Assembly (NCBI GenBank): GCA_964016885.1
Contig: OZ024763.1
Span: forward strand, 14,632,001-14,696,000
Reading direction: 5' to 3'
DNA length: 64,000 bases
Origin: Eledone cirrhosa
Taxonomy: Eukaryota
The translations under genes and the position numbers were made by a program. This document shows positions 27,701 to 40,040 of the stretch, piece by piece. Below the pieces are notes generated by a model. It saw only the letters and a list, made by a program, of their open reading frames with translations, had not been told where the DNA came from and did no database searches. The first letter of the stretch is position 1. The number at the start of each line of letters is the position of its first letter.

Positions 27701-29535
27701 TGATGTGTGATGTGTGGTGTGTGGTGTGTGATGTGTGGTGTGTGGTGTGTGGTGTGTGATGTGTGATGTGTGGTGTGTGGTGTGTGGTGTGTGGTGTGTG
27801 ATGTGTGATGTGTGGTGTGTGGTGTGTGGTGTGTGATGTGTGATGTGTGCTGTGTGATGTGTGGTGTGTGGTGTGTGGTGTGTGATGTGTGGTGTGTGAT
27901 GTGTGGTGTGTGGTGTGTGGTGTGTGATGTGTGGTGTGTGGTGTGTGATGTGTGGTGTGTGGTGTGTGATGTGTGGTGTGTGATGTGTGGTGTGTGGTGT
28001 GTGGTGTGTGGTGTATGGTGTGTGCTGTGTGGTGTGTGGTGTGTGGTGTGTGATGTGTGATGTGTGGTGTGTGGTGTGTGGTGTGTGATGTGTGGTGTGT
28101 GGTGTGTGGTGTGTGGTGTGTGATGTGTGGTGTGTGGTGTGTGGTGTGTGGTGTGTGGTGTGTGATGTGTGATGTGTGGTGTGTGGTATGTGATGTGTGG
28201 TGTGTGGTGTGTGATGTGTGGTGTGTGATGTGTGATGTGTGGTGTGTGGTGTGTGATGTGTGGTGTGTGATGTGTGGTGTGTGGTGTGTGGTGTGTGGTG
28301 TGTGGTGTGTGATGTGTGATGTGTGCTGTGTGATGTGTGGTGTGTGATGTGGTGTGTGGTGTGTGGTGTGTGATGTGTGGTGTGTGGTGTGTGGTGTGTG
28401 ATGTGTGGTGTGTGGTGTGTGGTGTGTGGTGTGTGATGTGTGCTGTGTGGTGTGTGGTGTGTGGTGTGTGGTGTGTGATGTGTGGTGTGTGGTGTGTGGT
28501 GTGTGATGTGTGGTGTGTGGTGTGTGGTGTGTGGTGTGTGGTGTGTGATGTGTGATGTGTGCTGTGTGGTGTGTGGTGTGTGGTGTGTGGTGTGTGATGT
28601 GTGATGTGTGGTGTGTGGTGTGTGGTGTGTGGTGTGTGATGTGTGATGTGTGGTGTGTGGTGTGTGGTGTGTGGTGTGTGATGTGTGATGTGTGCTGTGT
28701 GGTGTGTGGTGTGTGGTGTGTGATGTGTGGTGTGTGATGTGTGGTGTGTGGTGTGTGATGTGTGGTGTGTGGTGTGTGATGTGTGGTGTGTGGTGTGTGA
28801 TGTGTGGTGTGTGATGTGTGGTGTGTGGTGTGTGGTGTGTGGTGTGTGGTGTGTGATGTGTGCTGTGTGGTGTGTGGTGTGTGGTGTGTGATGTGTGGTG
28901 TGTGGTGTGTGGTGTGTGATGTGTGGTGTGTGGTGTGTGGTGTGTGATGTGTGGTGTGTGGTGTGTGGTGTGTGGTGTGTGATGTGTGATGTGTGGTGTG
29001 TGGTGTGTGATGTGTGGTGTGTGGTGTGTGATGTGTGCTGTGTGATGTGTGGTGTGTGATGTGTGCTGTGTGGTGTGTGATGTGTGGTGTGTGGTGTGTG
29101 GTGTGTGATGTGTGCTGTGTGGTGTGTGGTGTGTGGTGTGTGATGTGTGATGTGTGGTGTGTGGTGTGTGGTGTGTGGTGTGTGATGTGTGCTGTGTGGT
29201 GTGTGGTGTGTGGTGTGTGGTGTGTGATGTGTGCTGTGTGGTGTGTGGTGTGTGGTGTGTGGTGTGTGGTGTGTGATGTGTGATGTGTGGTGTGTGGTGT
29301 GTGATGTGTGGTGTGTGGTGTGTGGTGTGTGATGTGTGGTGTGTGGTGTGTGGTGTATGATGTGTGATGTGTGCTGTGTGGTGTGTGCTGTGTGGTGTGT
29401 GCTGTGTGGTGTGTGCTGTGTGGTGTGTGCTGTGTGGTGTGTGCTGTGTGGTGTGTGGTGTGTGATGTGTGCTGTGTGGTGTGTGGTGTGTGGTGTGTGG
29501 TGTGTGCTGTGTGGTGTGTGCTGTGTTGTGTGTGT
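24760..29535. repeat. 4.8-kb 7-bp minisatellite (GTGTGNT; N=G, A or C)
   Basis: Directly visible. It explains the spurious 1646-aa His/Thr ORF. Confidence 0.95.
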
Positions 29536-30015
29536 GTGTTTGTGTTTACGAAGCTAGTCGAAGACAATCGGTACAGCTCCAGTCGTCACTTACTCAATGA
29601 TTTGTACGTTAGAAATACGAACCCATTACTCAGAGTGAACACATGTGTTAATCAATAAGATAAACTACTACGATAGGGTAATGATCTTAGTATATCATAT
29701 AAACCCGCACTATTAAGCAATTTCTTTGCTTCAGTTTGTTAACAATAGTTTCAACTGCAGCCACTATTCGCAGTAGTTAGGAAATATCTGCAGATATTAC
29801 ATAACTTGGCGCCAATTTCTCTCAACACCTAACATCTCTCACCTCTTTCCATCGCACCTACCAACCTACAATGCTTAGCATTAATGCTTGTGCGACATTC
29901 AGAGATGATTTGCCGTTACAATAACACCGAATTGGCAAGCATTTGCCGAACCAGGTCTATCCTCTATTTTCTGTTCTCTGTAATCCTGTTTTCTTATATA
30001 ACTAATTCTGCAATC

Positions 30016-30090
30016 AACACCTGATGAAATCGCCTAGTCTTGTATCATGATTGGATGAAGAAACTGGGCCATTGAAATATGTATAGTGTT
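30016..30090 (+). ncRNA. Type I hammerhead ribozyme
   Basis: AACAC-CTGATGA-AATcGCCTAGT...ACTGGGCcATT-GAAAT-ATGT-ATA-GTGTT. gtcgagtgc lies downstream near 30213. Confidence 0.85.
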
Positions 30091-30339
30091 TTCGCGGAAT
30101 TAAAATTTTAAAGAAAGTTTTTAATCTGGCCTTCTGTTGTTTTTAATGAATATTTAAATCAGTTCCTGCACCACCACCGGATACTACATCTGCGAAGGAT
30201 GATTTGTATAACGTCGAGTGCTTTAATTTATTGCATCATCATTACTAATTGGAATCACCAGTTTTACCCATTGGTAAACAACATAAGATAAATGATCAGC
30301 GAAGGTCATATGCAGCTGTATGTAAGTTTATTTCTATAT

Positions 30340-30419
30340 CCATGATATATATTTCACTAGGGTTGACGACTAGGTAGTGCAATTCCAGCCCAATCTCTCG
30401 ACCCGAGCTCGTCAGATGA
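30340..30419 (-). ncRNA. Type I hammerhead ribozyme
   Basis: Minus strand: TCAT-CTGACGA-GCTcGGGT...ACCCtAGT-GAAAT-ATAT-ATC-ATGG. Confidence 0.8.
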
Positions 30420-31167
30420 TATAAAATATTTAAACACAATTTCAAACATCTTAAAAGTTTGTATGATTATATATATATATATGTATTATATGCCGAATAT
30501 ATGTATTATATGCCGAATACCTCAGATATTCAAAACAACAAACAGCGGAGGATGCGTTTCGCACCTGTCCGACAGACAACCTTTTCCCCCACCCCGGAAA
30601 AAAACCCCAGTTGATGGATGTGAATCCGAAATATATAGGGACTATTAAATCTCTCCCAAGGTAACTCTCTCTTGTGTTGTTATTTTTATTTTATCCTTTA
30701 TACTCTTCCCTTCATTCTACACATCTTACACATCCTATACACACCACGCATCTCAACGTACACCCACTTACATCTCTCTCTCCACCACCGGATCTTGTTA
30801 CCCGGAGATTTACCCATTTGCATTGTCGAGGCTTCCAAACGACTTAAAGATATTTACTTATTATTCCACAATGCTTCAAGCAAACTTCAATACTCTCTTA
30901 TATATGTATTAATTTCTCCCTCCGCCTTTTGAGATATTTTTCACTGCTACAAGGGATTCAGTCCCCTTTCTTGACCGGTGTATCACGTGGTAATTTCTCC
31001 CTCCGCTTTTTGAGATTTTCTCACTTGCTGCGAACGTGCCTGGAAAGCACTCTTTCCCTGAGGAGTTCCTTGAAAAGCTGGTGTGCCTCACAACGATATT
31101 GCACATCTATAATGTAAGATTGTTGCAAACTGACCAGCGAAACTGTACAGTCGAGACTTTGAAGAAA

Positions 31168-31350
31168 TAATTGTTTCTACTTTAGGCACAAGGCCAGCAA
31201 TTACCCAGTGCATTACTGGTACTTTGTTTTATCGACCCCGTAAGGATGAAAGGCAAAGTCAACCTCGGCGGGATTTGAACTCAGATCGTAAAGGGACGTA
31301 ACTATGCTGGAAAGCATGGCGTCCGACCCTCTACCGATAATGCCAATTCA
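31168..31350 (-). mobile_element. tRNA-derived SINE
   Basis: Reverse complement of the SINE family. Confidence 0.85.
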
Positions 31351-31385
31351 CATCTGTGTCTATACTTCATATTTTATGATTTGAA

Positions 31386-31439
<54 letters not shown>

Positions 31440-31542
31440 TTGTGTGTGTGTGTATGCAAAAGGTAAACAGAAATAATAACACAATCGGTACAGTATATGG
31501 AAGGGATATATTAGGTTAACGCTTGATATAGCAGGAAGAGGG

Positions 31543-31578
31543 TCTTAACGTTTGGGACGCTAGTCCTTCATCAGAAGA
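31543..31578 (-). ncRNA. Minimal hammerhead motif, G12 mutated
   Basis: Minus strand: TCTT-CTGATGA-A-GGAC(tagc)GTCC-cAAAC-GTT-AAGA. Downstream sequence is homologous to 270-320. Confidence 0.7.
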
Positions 31579-31692
31579 AAGAATGAGAAATAAGATGGAA
31601 TTGGAAAAAATGTCTTTAGATAAAAATAACAGGTCCATTCCTGTTGACATCTTTTAAACGAAAGATATACACTTTATACCATCTCTATTTAT

Positions 31693-31764
31693 TTCATTAT
31701 ATATATTTCGAAGATGCAAAATTTTATGTATAATATAAAGCGAAACAGGTTCTCCTCAGACAAA
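31693..31764 (-). ncRNA. Type I hammerhead motif
   Basis: Minus strand: TTTGT-CTGAGGA-GAA...TTC-GAAAT-ATAT-ATA-ATGAA. Confidence 0.7.
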
Positions 31765-31838
31765 ATTCATTAAAAAATGTATAACTTTTTTCTTGGTAGC
31801 CTTGTAGACAAGCGAACTGGACAGATCGATGACCACCA

Positions 31839-31884
<46 letters not shown>

Positions 31885-32295
31885 TCAGAGCAAACAACAC
31901 GGACACTCTATCTCAAAATTATTTTTGAAAAGCATTTAGAAATGCGCAACCGGTAAAAACTTAAAACCACAACTGAATACTAACCCATACAATCACTAAT
32001 ACTCTTTTATTCCTAATTAAACCATTTTTCAACTGTGAACAATTTGTCAGCATTTTCTATTCCGTTTACCAATATATATATATAGATATATATATGTATA
32101 TATAAAATTAAAACGTAGAGTTAGAAACTCACAATAGTCCCCTATGATCAAGAGAGCTCAAGGAAGATGTATGTGTTATATATATTATGCCAATATATAT
32201 GTATATAACATATATCTTATGTCTGGGTGTATATCGTTATAGTGGAGGTTTGTACACTTTGATTATTATTTACCGCTCCCCTTGTAGTTTCTATA

Positions 32296-32492
32296 TATAA
32301 CGAAGGAAATGTGGTAAGGAACCAGGTGGACCATAACGCACCAAAGTACTCAATACTTAAGGTAGTAGAGTGGGTAATAGGAACGAGTAGAACCCCGACG
32401 GCTGAGCTCAAGCCGTTTCGGCGGCTAATTCTGGTCCAGAATTAGCCGTCGAAACGGCTTGAGCTCAGCCGTTGGGGTCCTACTCGTTCCTA
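32296..32492 (-). mobile_element. Family A fold-back element
   Basis: Tail plus a palindrome (32378-32492) centred on ggcggctaattctgg-t-ccagaattagccgtc. Confidence 0.85.
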
Positions 32493-32529
32493 TATATATA
32501 TATATATATATATATACAATACATAAACA

Positions 32530-32812
32530 GAAAAAGCCTTAAGCGATACTCCGACCAACTCCATCTCACTCAACAAACATTAGGATATACTTAAGTATTA
32601 TCACAATTTAGTGTTTGGGGTGCTAACTAATCAGTATTTCGTGGATAATTGGTTGTATTATTTTATATGAGACATTATTAAATAAATACCTCTTTCCTTT
32701 CGTTATAAGATTTCTACAATTTGGGATAAATAATTTCCAGGTTATGTAGAAACTTCTATATAATCCATAGTTTTATACACAAGCGGGCTCTTATAAACTC
32801 CTCAGTGGGTGA
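32530..32812 (-). mobile_element. Second copy of the 2840-3130 HHR element with stem III/cleavage site deleted
   Basis: Reverse complement of 2841-3130. Reads CTGAGGA...tcttataac-GAAA-ggaaagag and lacks cgatcgtctgga. Confidence 0.85.
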
Positions 32813-32869
32813 TACCAATATATCTATATACTACCTACCAACCTATCTACCTACCAACCTATCTATCTT

Positions 32870-33252
32870 CCTATTCTTTTTTTTCAAATACCACTTTGGA
32901 AGAAGAATCAGGATGGAGAGAGAGGTGCTGTACCCCTGCAAGTTTTATGAAAGGTGGGTGAAAGTGGCGAGAATGGCCCGAGTGAATGGGCCTTCTCTCT
33001 ATATCAGCCTGTAGGTTGAGGAAAAAAAGGAGAGGAAAGGAGTACAAACTCTTCGTACTCCTGGAGATGAGGGTTGCACATTTTTTCGGGGGTATGTGTT
33101 ACCCATATGAACTGTCTCCCCCTATTAGGGAAAATCGACTAATTTTTTAAATTGCTTTTGTGATAACATTTTACACGTTTTTATTGTATGTAAACTTCCC
33201 CCTTTGTATTTGTCCCCTTCTTTTGTGCCCCTGTGGCTAATAAAGAAACATA
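32870..33252 (+). mobile_element. 3' end of a Tx1/L1-like LINE (ORF2 C-terminus plus 3' UTR) in a (TATC)n tract
   Basis: FFKYHFGRRIRMEREVL...FYERWVKVA...* resembles Tx1-type ORF2 termini. The UTR ends in ctaataaagaaa. Confidence 0.5.
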
Positions 33253-34197
33253 TCTATCTTCCTAGCTGCATGTCTATCTATCTCTCTGTTTTCTAACCTA
33301 CTACTTAGCTATTTATTTATCTATCTATATACTTAATTATATGTTTATCCATCTATCTATCTATTTATTTACCTACCTACCTACATCTATACCTAGCTAT
33401 CTATATATCTATCTACTACCTACCAACTTAACTACCTACCGATCTATCTATCTATCTATCTATCTATCTTCCTAGCTGCATGTCTCTCTATCTCTCTGTT
33501 TACTAACCTACTACCTATCTATCTATCTATCTATCTATCTACCTAATTATATGTTTATCCATCTATCTATCTATTTATTTACCTACCTACCTACCTACCT
33601 CTATACCTAGCTATCTATATATCTATCTATTTATCCCGTTGTCCCCTTCTTTTGTGCCCCTGTGGCTAATAAAGAAACATATCTATTTATCCCGATGTCA
33701 TCTCCAGAGATTCTGGTATTGAAATCCAGGACTTGGCCACACAGCAATGAACGACAGACCCACGCGGAGATCAATTGCTGAATCGATTTCGGCTGAGGCT
33801 GCCGCCGGATGATCTATTTATCTATATCTATCACAACATCGTCTAATCCTATTGCCTCCCTCACACGAGACTCCGCCTTTCACTGATCATCTACTGGCTA
33901 CTCCAACGCTGATTGGTCAGTAACGAAACATAATCCCCACCCACTATTGCTACTTCCACCACTTTGCCTGATCCTAACGCCTGAATGCTCCGCCTTCTCC
34001 TCCTCTAGCTTAGTTATATGTCATAGCTTTAATCTTTTTCTTTCCCCTTCCTTCTTTCTAGCTTTACCTCCCCCTCACCCCCCTGTCTTAGATATCACAC
34101 TTTCTAGATTAATACTGTTCTCCCTCCCTCCCTCTTTTACAACAGTTCCCTCCCACACCACCTCACTAATGTAATATATTAACACGGTGACATACGC

Positions 34198-34351
<154 letters not shown>

Positions 34352-34378
34352 ATGTGTGTCCGCGTGCACGTGTAAATA

Positions 34379-34410
<32 letters not shown>

Positions 34411-34434
34411 CACACACGAGTATATATATATATA

Positions 34435-35034
34435 CATGGAAAGTTATATTTAAATTGTTGGGTTACAACTAGTAAATATTTATAACTGATATAAAAGCAC
34501 TCAACAAGTATTTGGAGTATATTTACGATATTAAATAAATGGAAACTATATTTATAAAACCATATTTATTTCATTATATATATTTCAGGGATATCATATT
34601 AACAATATGCTATGCCTTCCTCAGACAAAATACAATATAAACAGTTTTATAGATAAATAGATTCGACATACCGTAACAACATCTACTTGCATTTGAGAGG
34701 TTTTTAAATTGCATTTGTGATAACATTTTACACGTTTTTATTGTATGTAAACTTCCCCCTTTGTATTTGTCCCCTTCTTTTGTGCCCCTGTGGCTAATAA
34801 AGAAACATATCTATCTTCCTAGCTGCATGTCTATCTATCTCTCTGTTTACTAACCTTCTCAACCTTCTCAAATGCAAGTAGATGTTGTTACGGTATGTCG
34901 AATCTATTTATCTATAAAACTGTTTATATTGTATTTTGTCTGAGGAAGGCATAGCATATTGTTAATATGATATCCCTGAAATATATATAATGAAATAAAT
35001 ATGGTTTTATAAATATAGTTTCCATTTATTTAAT

Positions 35035-35040
<6 letters not shown>
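34435..35040. mobile_element. Family B fold-back HHR element with captured spacer
   Basis: Arms ~34524-34702 and 34861-35040, with an extra tail at 34435-34523. HHR at 34935-34994: TTTGT-CTGAGGA-..-GAAAT-ATAT-ATA-ATGAA. Confidence 0.85.
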
Positions 35041-35089
<49 letters not shown>

Positions 35090-35093
<4 letters not shown>

Positions 35094-35460
35094 GTTTCTA
35101 CTTTTGGCACAAGGCCAGCAATTACCAAGTACATTACTGGTACTTTATTTTACTTTATTTTATCGACCCCCGTATGGATGAAAGGCAAAGTGAACCTCGG
35201 CGGGATTTGAACTCAGATCGTAAAAGGACGTAACTCGATGCTGGAAAGTATGGCTATATATATATAATTGTTTCTACTATTGGCACAAGGTCAGCAATTA
35301 TCCCAGTAGATTACTGGTACCTTATTTTATCGACCCCCGTAAGGATGAAAGGCTAAGTTAACCTCGGTGGGATTTGAACTCAGAATGGCAAGGGCCGTAA
35401 CTCTATGCGTCAAAGCATGGCGTGCGACCCTCTACCGATACTGCCAATTCACCGCCCTTG
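35090..35460 (-). mobile_element. Two tandem tRNA-derived SINE copies
   Basis: About 35090-35255 (5' truncated) and 35266-35460. Confidence 0.85.
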
Positions 35461-35617
35461 GTGATATATATATAATAAGGAGTTGACGGACCCAGCATAT
35501 TTATCAATGCCAAGACCGGTTGTATCTCAGTGTACTCAATAGGCAATGTAAGATACATTCCCAGAGTATACACAAAGTTATTCGCTTCAACACAACACAA
35601 CACACGTAAAACGGGTG

Positions 35618-35657
35618 CCTATAATAGTTTCCGAGCTTATGCGGCTTCATCAGCGGG
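35618..35657 (-). ncRNA. Degenerate hammerhead motif related to 4927-5047
   Basis: Minus strand: CTGATGA-AGC(cgcataa)GCT-cg-GAAAC-TATT-ATA-GG. Confidence 0.55.
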
Positions 35658-35932
35658 TATCGCCTAATCAATAACCAATCGATCGACAGAATCCAAACCC
35701 CAGCCCATGCCGGTCATGACTGTTTGTAACAACGGACAGGGTAAAGCGATTAGCAACTGGAATCCGATACAACTCAGTCCCTCGACTAACCACCGATTTA
35801 CCAACTTTACATATATATAAATCAAGATGGATTCAGAATGAAACTGATTAGACCATTACTCAACAGAGTACTCAATACTTGGCGTAGTAGGGTATGGTGA
35901 TAATATATATATATATATAGATATATGCAAAA

Positions 35933-36256
35933 ATTTTATTTAAAATTGTTGGGTTACAACGAGTAAATATTTTATAACTGATATAAAAGCACTCAACAGA
36001 TTTTGGAGTATTTTACGATATTAAACAAATGGAAACTACATTTATAAAACCATATTTATTTCATTATATATATTTCAGGGATATCATATTAAAAATATGG
36101 TATGCCCTCTTCAGACAAAATACATTTATAAAACTGTTTATATATTGTATTTTGTCTGAAGAGGGCATACCATATTTTTAATATGATATCCCTGAAATAT
36201 ATATAATGAAATAAATATGGTTTTATAAATGTAGTTTCCATTTGTTTAATATCGTA
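35933..36256. mobile_element. Family B fold-back HHR element
   Basis: Arms ~36015-36124 and 36146-36256. HHR at 36151-36210: TTTGT-CTGAAGA-GGG..CCCt-GAAAT-ATAT-ATA-ATGAA. Confidence 0.85.
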
Positions 36257-36431
36257 TATATATAGATATATATTCGGTCGCTGGCTTCAATTTGCATAGC
36301 TGTCTAAACGTAATGTTATAACTCTAAGGTAAAATTCTTTATTGGGTGCTTTTGGCTGCACTTCGCGACTGCATTCGTTAGCTTGCCCGCAACCAGAGCT
36401 TCGATCATGCTGTACTACCTTCTTGAATATG

Positions 36432-36463
<32 letters not shown>

Positions 36464-36593
36464 TCATAAAACATGTCTATAGAATCACCAGATAAAATAT
36501 ATACATGTTTTATGATATATAGCTCTGATTATTTAATTTATTAACTTTTCATTGAGCCACAAAGTGACCCGTTGCAAAACACGTATATGTATG

Positions 36594-36642
<49 letters not shown>

Positions 36643-36655
36643 CTTTATATATATA

Positions 36656-37083
36656 TATCAAAATAAAGATCCGAAGGCATGGTATAAATTTCCAATCATT
36701 TTAATCACGACACATGTTTCAATAAGAGATTGATCGATCGATTATCACTGATCTCGTCAGGTGAAAATGAAATTGTCTTCAAATCCTTGATATGAGGGAG
36801 AAAACTAACGATGTTCACTCACAGATTTTAGTCCCTCATATGAAAATCAAGCAGTCAAAACACGGTGACTGCTATCGTCCTCAGTATTAGGGCCTAAACT
36901 CTGTGAGTGAACATCGTTAATTTTCTCCCTCATATCAAGGATTTCAAGACAATTTCATTTTCACCTGACGAGATCAGTGATAATCGATCATGGCTACACG
37001 ATCGATCAATCTCTTATTGAAACATGTGTCGTGATTAAAATGATTGGAAATATATACCATGCTTTCGGATCTTTATTTTGATA
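36656..37083. mobile_element. Long fold-back element (~190-bp arms) with a GUC hammerhead
   Basis: HHR at 36961-37034: TCAC-CTGACGA-[long hairpin]-GAAAC-ATGT-GTC-GTGA. The mirror copy in the left arm has a stem II deletion. Confidence 0.85.
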
Positions 37084-37209
37084 CAAATACTCCGTTTTAC
37101 ATCATCTAGCTGTTCCCATAAATGGAATTGGAGATATACAAAAGCGTGGAGAGCTTAATATTGTTAACAAAAATTTATTGGATCGTTTGACACAACCAAT
37201 AATACACCT

Positions 37210-37272
<63 letters not shown>

Positions 37273-37812
37273 AAGAAGAATACTGCGTGGTTGCACATGG
37301 GTTACATATGAAAAATTAGTCCCTCGTCAGTACTGTGCGCAGTTCATTGCACACACGTGTACATGTATTTGAGGCGATGAATTTGCAATTGTTAGAACGT
37401 CTTTGCAGTATTCGTTTCGGCTCTCTGAGTTCAAATCCTTGCAGAGGTCAACTTAGGCATCCATTCCTAGCACTGGGGTTCTTTCTTCCCCCTGTCTCTC
37501 TCTCAGTCTCTCTCCTTCTCTGAAAGAAATCTGCTATATTGAGACCTAGAGAGGAGATAGGCTCTGCCAGGTTTTTATTTTTTAAATATTCGAGAAACCT
37601 CGTATGTCAATATGGCGCCCCTAAGACTCCATCAGGAGTTATGAGATCATAAATACATGTATGTATGTATGTATGTATGTATGTATGTATGCATTCATTT
37701 GTGTGCGCATTACTGGTTTCAGTCATTTGACTGCGGCCATGCTGGAGTACTGCCTTGACCATATCAAACCCCCTTTGTCGAGCCGCTAAACTATGCGACA
37801 AGGTAGCATTAA

Positions 37813-37869
<57 letters not shown>

Positions 37870-38100
37870 AGTGGAAGCTTAGTAAAATCGAAGCTTTGGC
37901 TGTGGCCAAGCTAACGACCTACAATTAGGAATGAGCAACAAAGCACTCAATAAGGGTAGGAGGTCCTTAGAGTAATAACATACGTTTAAATAGCTTGACA
38001 CATTGAAAATTGCGGTGTGTGTATATATATATATATATGAGAGTGTGTGAGTGTGTGAGAGTGTGTGTGAGAGTGTGTGTGTGTGTGGGGGGGGGGGCGG

Positions 38101-38745
38101 CATTCCAGTCATGCAGAAATCAGCATCAAACCTATCAAGTGCAAGTCGGAGATCACTTTCTGTCGAGTTAAGAAACACCATGTCGTCTGCAAATTCCAGC
38201 CGACTGATTTTACACACGCCAATTATGCTACCACTTCCAACCCAACTGAGCATGTAAATCCTGTTCATGTAAATAATAAACAGGTGAGGTGACAGTACGC
38301 ACTCTTGGCGAAGTCCGATTCCGACATTGGATGCTTTCAATTTAGCCCCATTTATCAGAACACAAATACACGGGCATTCGTACGGAGACACCAGGGCAGC
38401 AAGGAGCTGACCATCAATCCCAAACTTCCTTGCACAGCCTTACACAACATCTCTTGAGGAACGCGGTCATATGCCCTTTCAAGGTCGACAAAACAAGAAT
38501 ATACTTCTTGGCAATACTCCCACGATTTCTCGAATACCTGCCGCAGTGTGAATATTTGGTTGGCTGTTCTGCGTCGTCCGGGGAGAAAACCACACTGTTC
38601 ATCAGCTAGCTTGGACTGGGCAATCTCCTTGCATCTCTTTGCCAGACACTTAACATAGACTTTACCGGGGAGGCTTAACAAAGAGATTCCTCTGTAATTT
38701 GAACAATCTCTTGTATGTGACTTTTTGAAAATTGGGATTATCACT
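38101..38745 (-). pseudogene. Frameshifted reverse transcriptase fragment of an RTE-like non-LTR retrotransposon
   Basis: IIPIFKK..DCSNYRGISLLSLPGKVY, EQCGF, QIFTLRQVFEK, CFVDLERAYDRV, then in another frame GLRQECVLSPHLF and FADD. Confidence 0.92.
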
Positions 38746-39281
38746 CCCGATTCCCGTCGTTATCTCCTGCTCGAGAAATTAACGTAGCTGAGCTTTTCAC
38801 AGGTCACGGGATCTCCTAATCGTTAATTTCCTGAGCAGGATACATCGATGGGGACTATATGTTTCACGCTGAATCTCCGAATCTTCCTGAGAATTACGTT
38901 AAGTCAACACGAGTCTGTGAAACGCTCAACCACGTACACGTTAAGAATGTAGCGAGCAGAATGTAGCATTGTGTTGGAAGAGCTCATCGTCGAACCCGAC
39001 GGAGCTCCACAGAATGGCAGCTTTGGTAACCGTTTCCTTTCAGTAGCTACCGCTCTCTGGCAGACTTTGCTAATCTCTTCAAACGAATGTTCTACAATGT
39101 AAACGAGTTCTTCAAAGTTTTTGAATATCTTCCAATATGGCGACTTCCGAACTAAACATATATATTTTCTGTTGTTTTGTTTTTTTCATTTATAGTTTCA
39201 AACATATTTTTGGGTAAACCATCGCTTGTGTGTGCGTGTCTGTATATATATACACACACATACACACACACACACACACAT

Positions 39282-39315
<34 letters not shown>

Positions 39316-39458
39316 TGCACACACACACACACATATATATGTATACAAATGTATGAACACACACACAAACACACACACATATATATATATAGACACACAT
39401 GTATATATATATGTATACAAATGTATGCACACACACATATGTGTATGTGTGCATGTAT

Positions 39459-39622
39459 ATGAAAGATTCGGGACGCCGACGGCTGAGCTCCTGCCGTTTC
39501 AACAGCTAGATCCGAACGTTGTTCGGATCTAGCAGTTGAAACGGCAGGAGCTCAGCCGTCGGGGTCCCGAATCTTTCATATTACCCACTCTAATACCCCA
39601 AGTATCGATTACTCTGGTGAGT
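39459..39622 (+). mobile_element. Family A-related fold-back element (divergent subfamily)
   Basis: Palindrome centred on aacagctagatccgaac-gtt-gttcggatctagcagtt, then GAAACGGC..GCCGTC-GGGGTC and tail attacccactcta. Confidence 0.8.
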
Positions 39623-39646
39623 ATAACTGTTTTTTACTGCATCCAT

Positions 39647-39694
<48 letters not shown>

Positions 39695-39707
39695 CAAAAA
39701 GTTAAAA

Positions 39708-39745
39708 TGCACTGATGACGGGTAATCACCCAGAAAGTGTCTGCA
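39708..39745 (+). ncRNA. Minimal hammerhead motif, stem III degenerate
   Basis: TGCA-CTGATGA-c-GGGT(aatc)ACCC-a-GAAA-GTGTC-TGCA. Confidence 0.7.
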
Positions 39746-39849
39746 GTTTTGTTTACATGCCAACACAAAAGCAAGAATGAGGGGCTCATTCTACTGACAT
39801 GGCTTAAAAGAGGCTGTTTGCATAATTGCAAACGAATGGAATATTATTT

Positions 39850-40040
39850 GGATTGGCAGTATCGGTGGAGGGTCGGACGCCATGCTTTGACGCATAGAGT
39901 TACAGCCCTTTCCATTCTGAGTTCAAATCTCGCCGAGGTTAACTTTGCCTTTCATCCTTACGGGGTCGATAAAATAAAGTATCAATAAAATAAAGCACTG
40001 AGTAATTGCTGGCCTTGTGCCAAAAAGTAGAAACAATTAT
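39850..40040 (+). mobile_element. tRNA-derived SINE
   Basis: tggcagtatcgg A box, gttcaaatct B box, family core and tail. Confidence 0.85.

Noticed and set aside
24627-29567. 1646-aa His/Thr/Pro ORF
   Set aside because: It is a translation of a 7-bp minisatellite on a strand nearly free of T, with no other coding evidence.
31055-31080. CTGAGGA...GAAA match (also CTGAAGA on the minus strand near 16100)
   Set aside because: No pairing stems and no properly placed GAAA.
38905-39150. ~75-codon open frame on the minus strand
   Set aside because: No start codon, no polypyrimidine acceptor, no recognisable domain, and it runs into repeat-like sequence.
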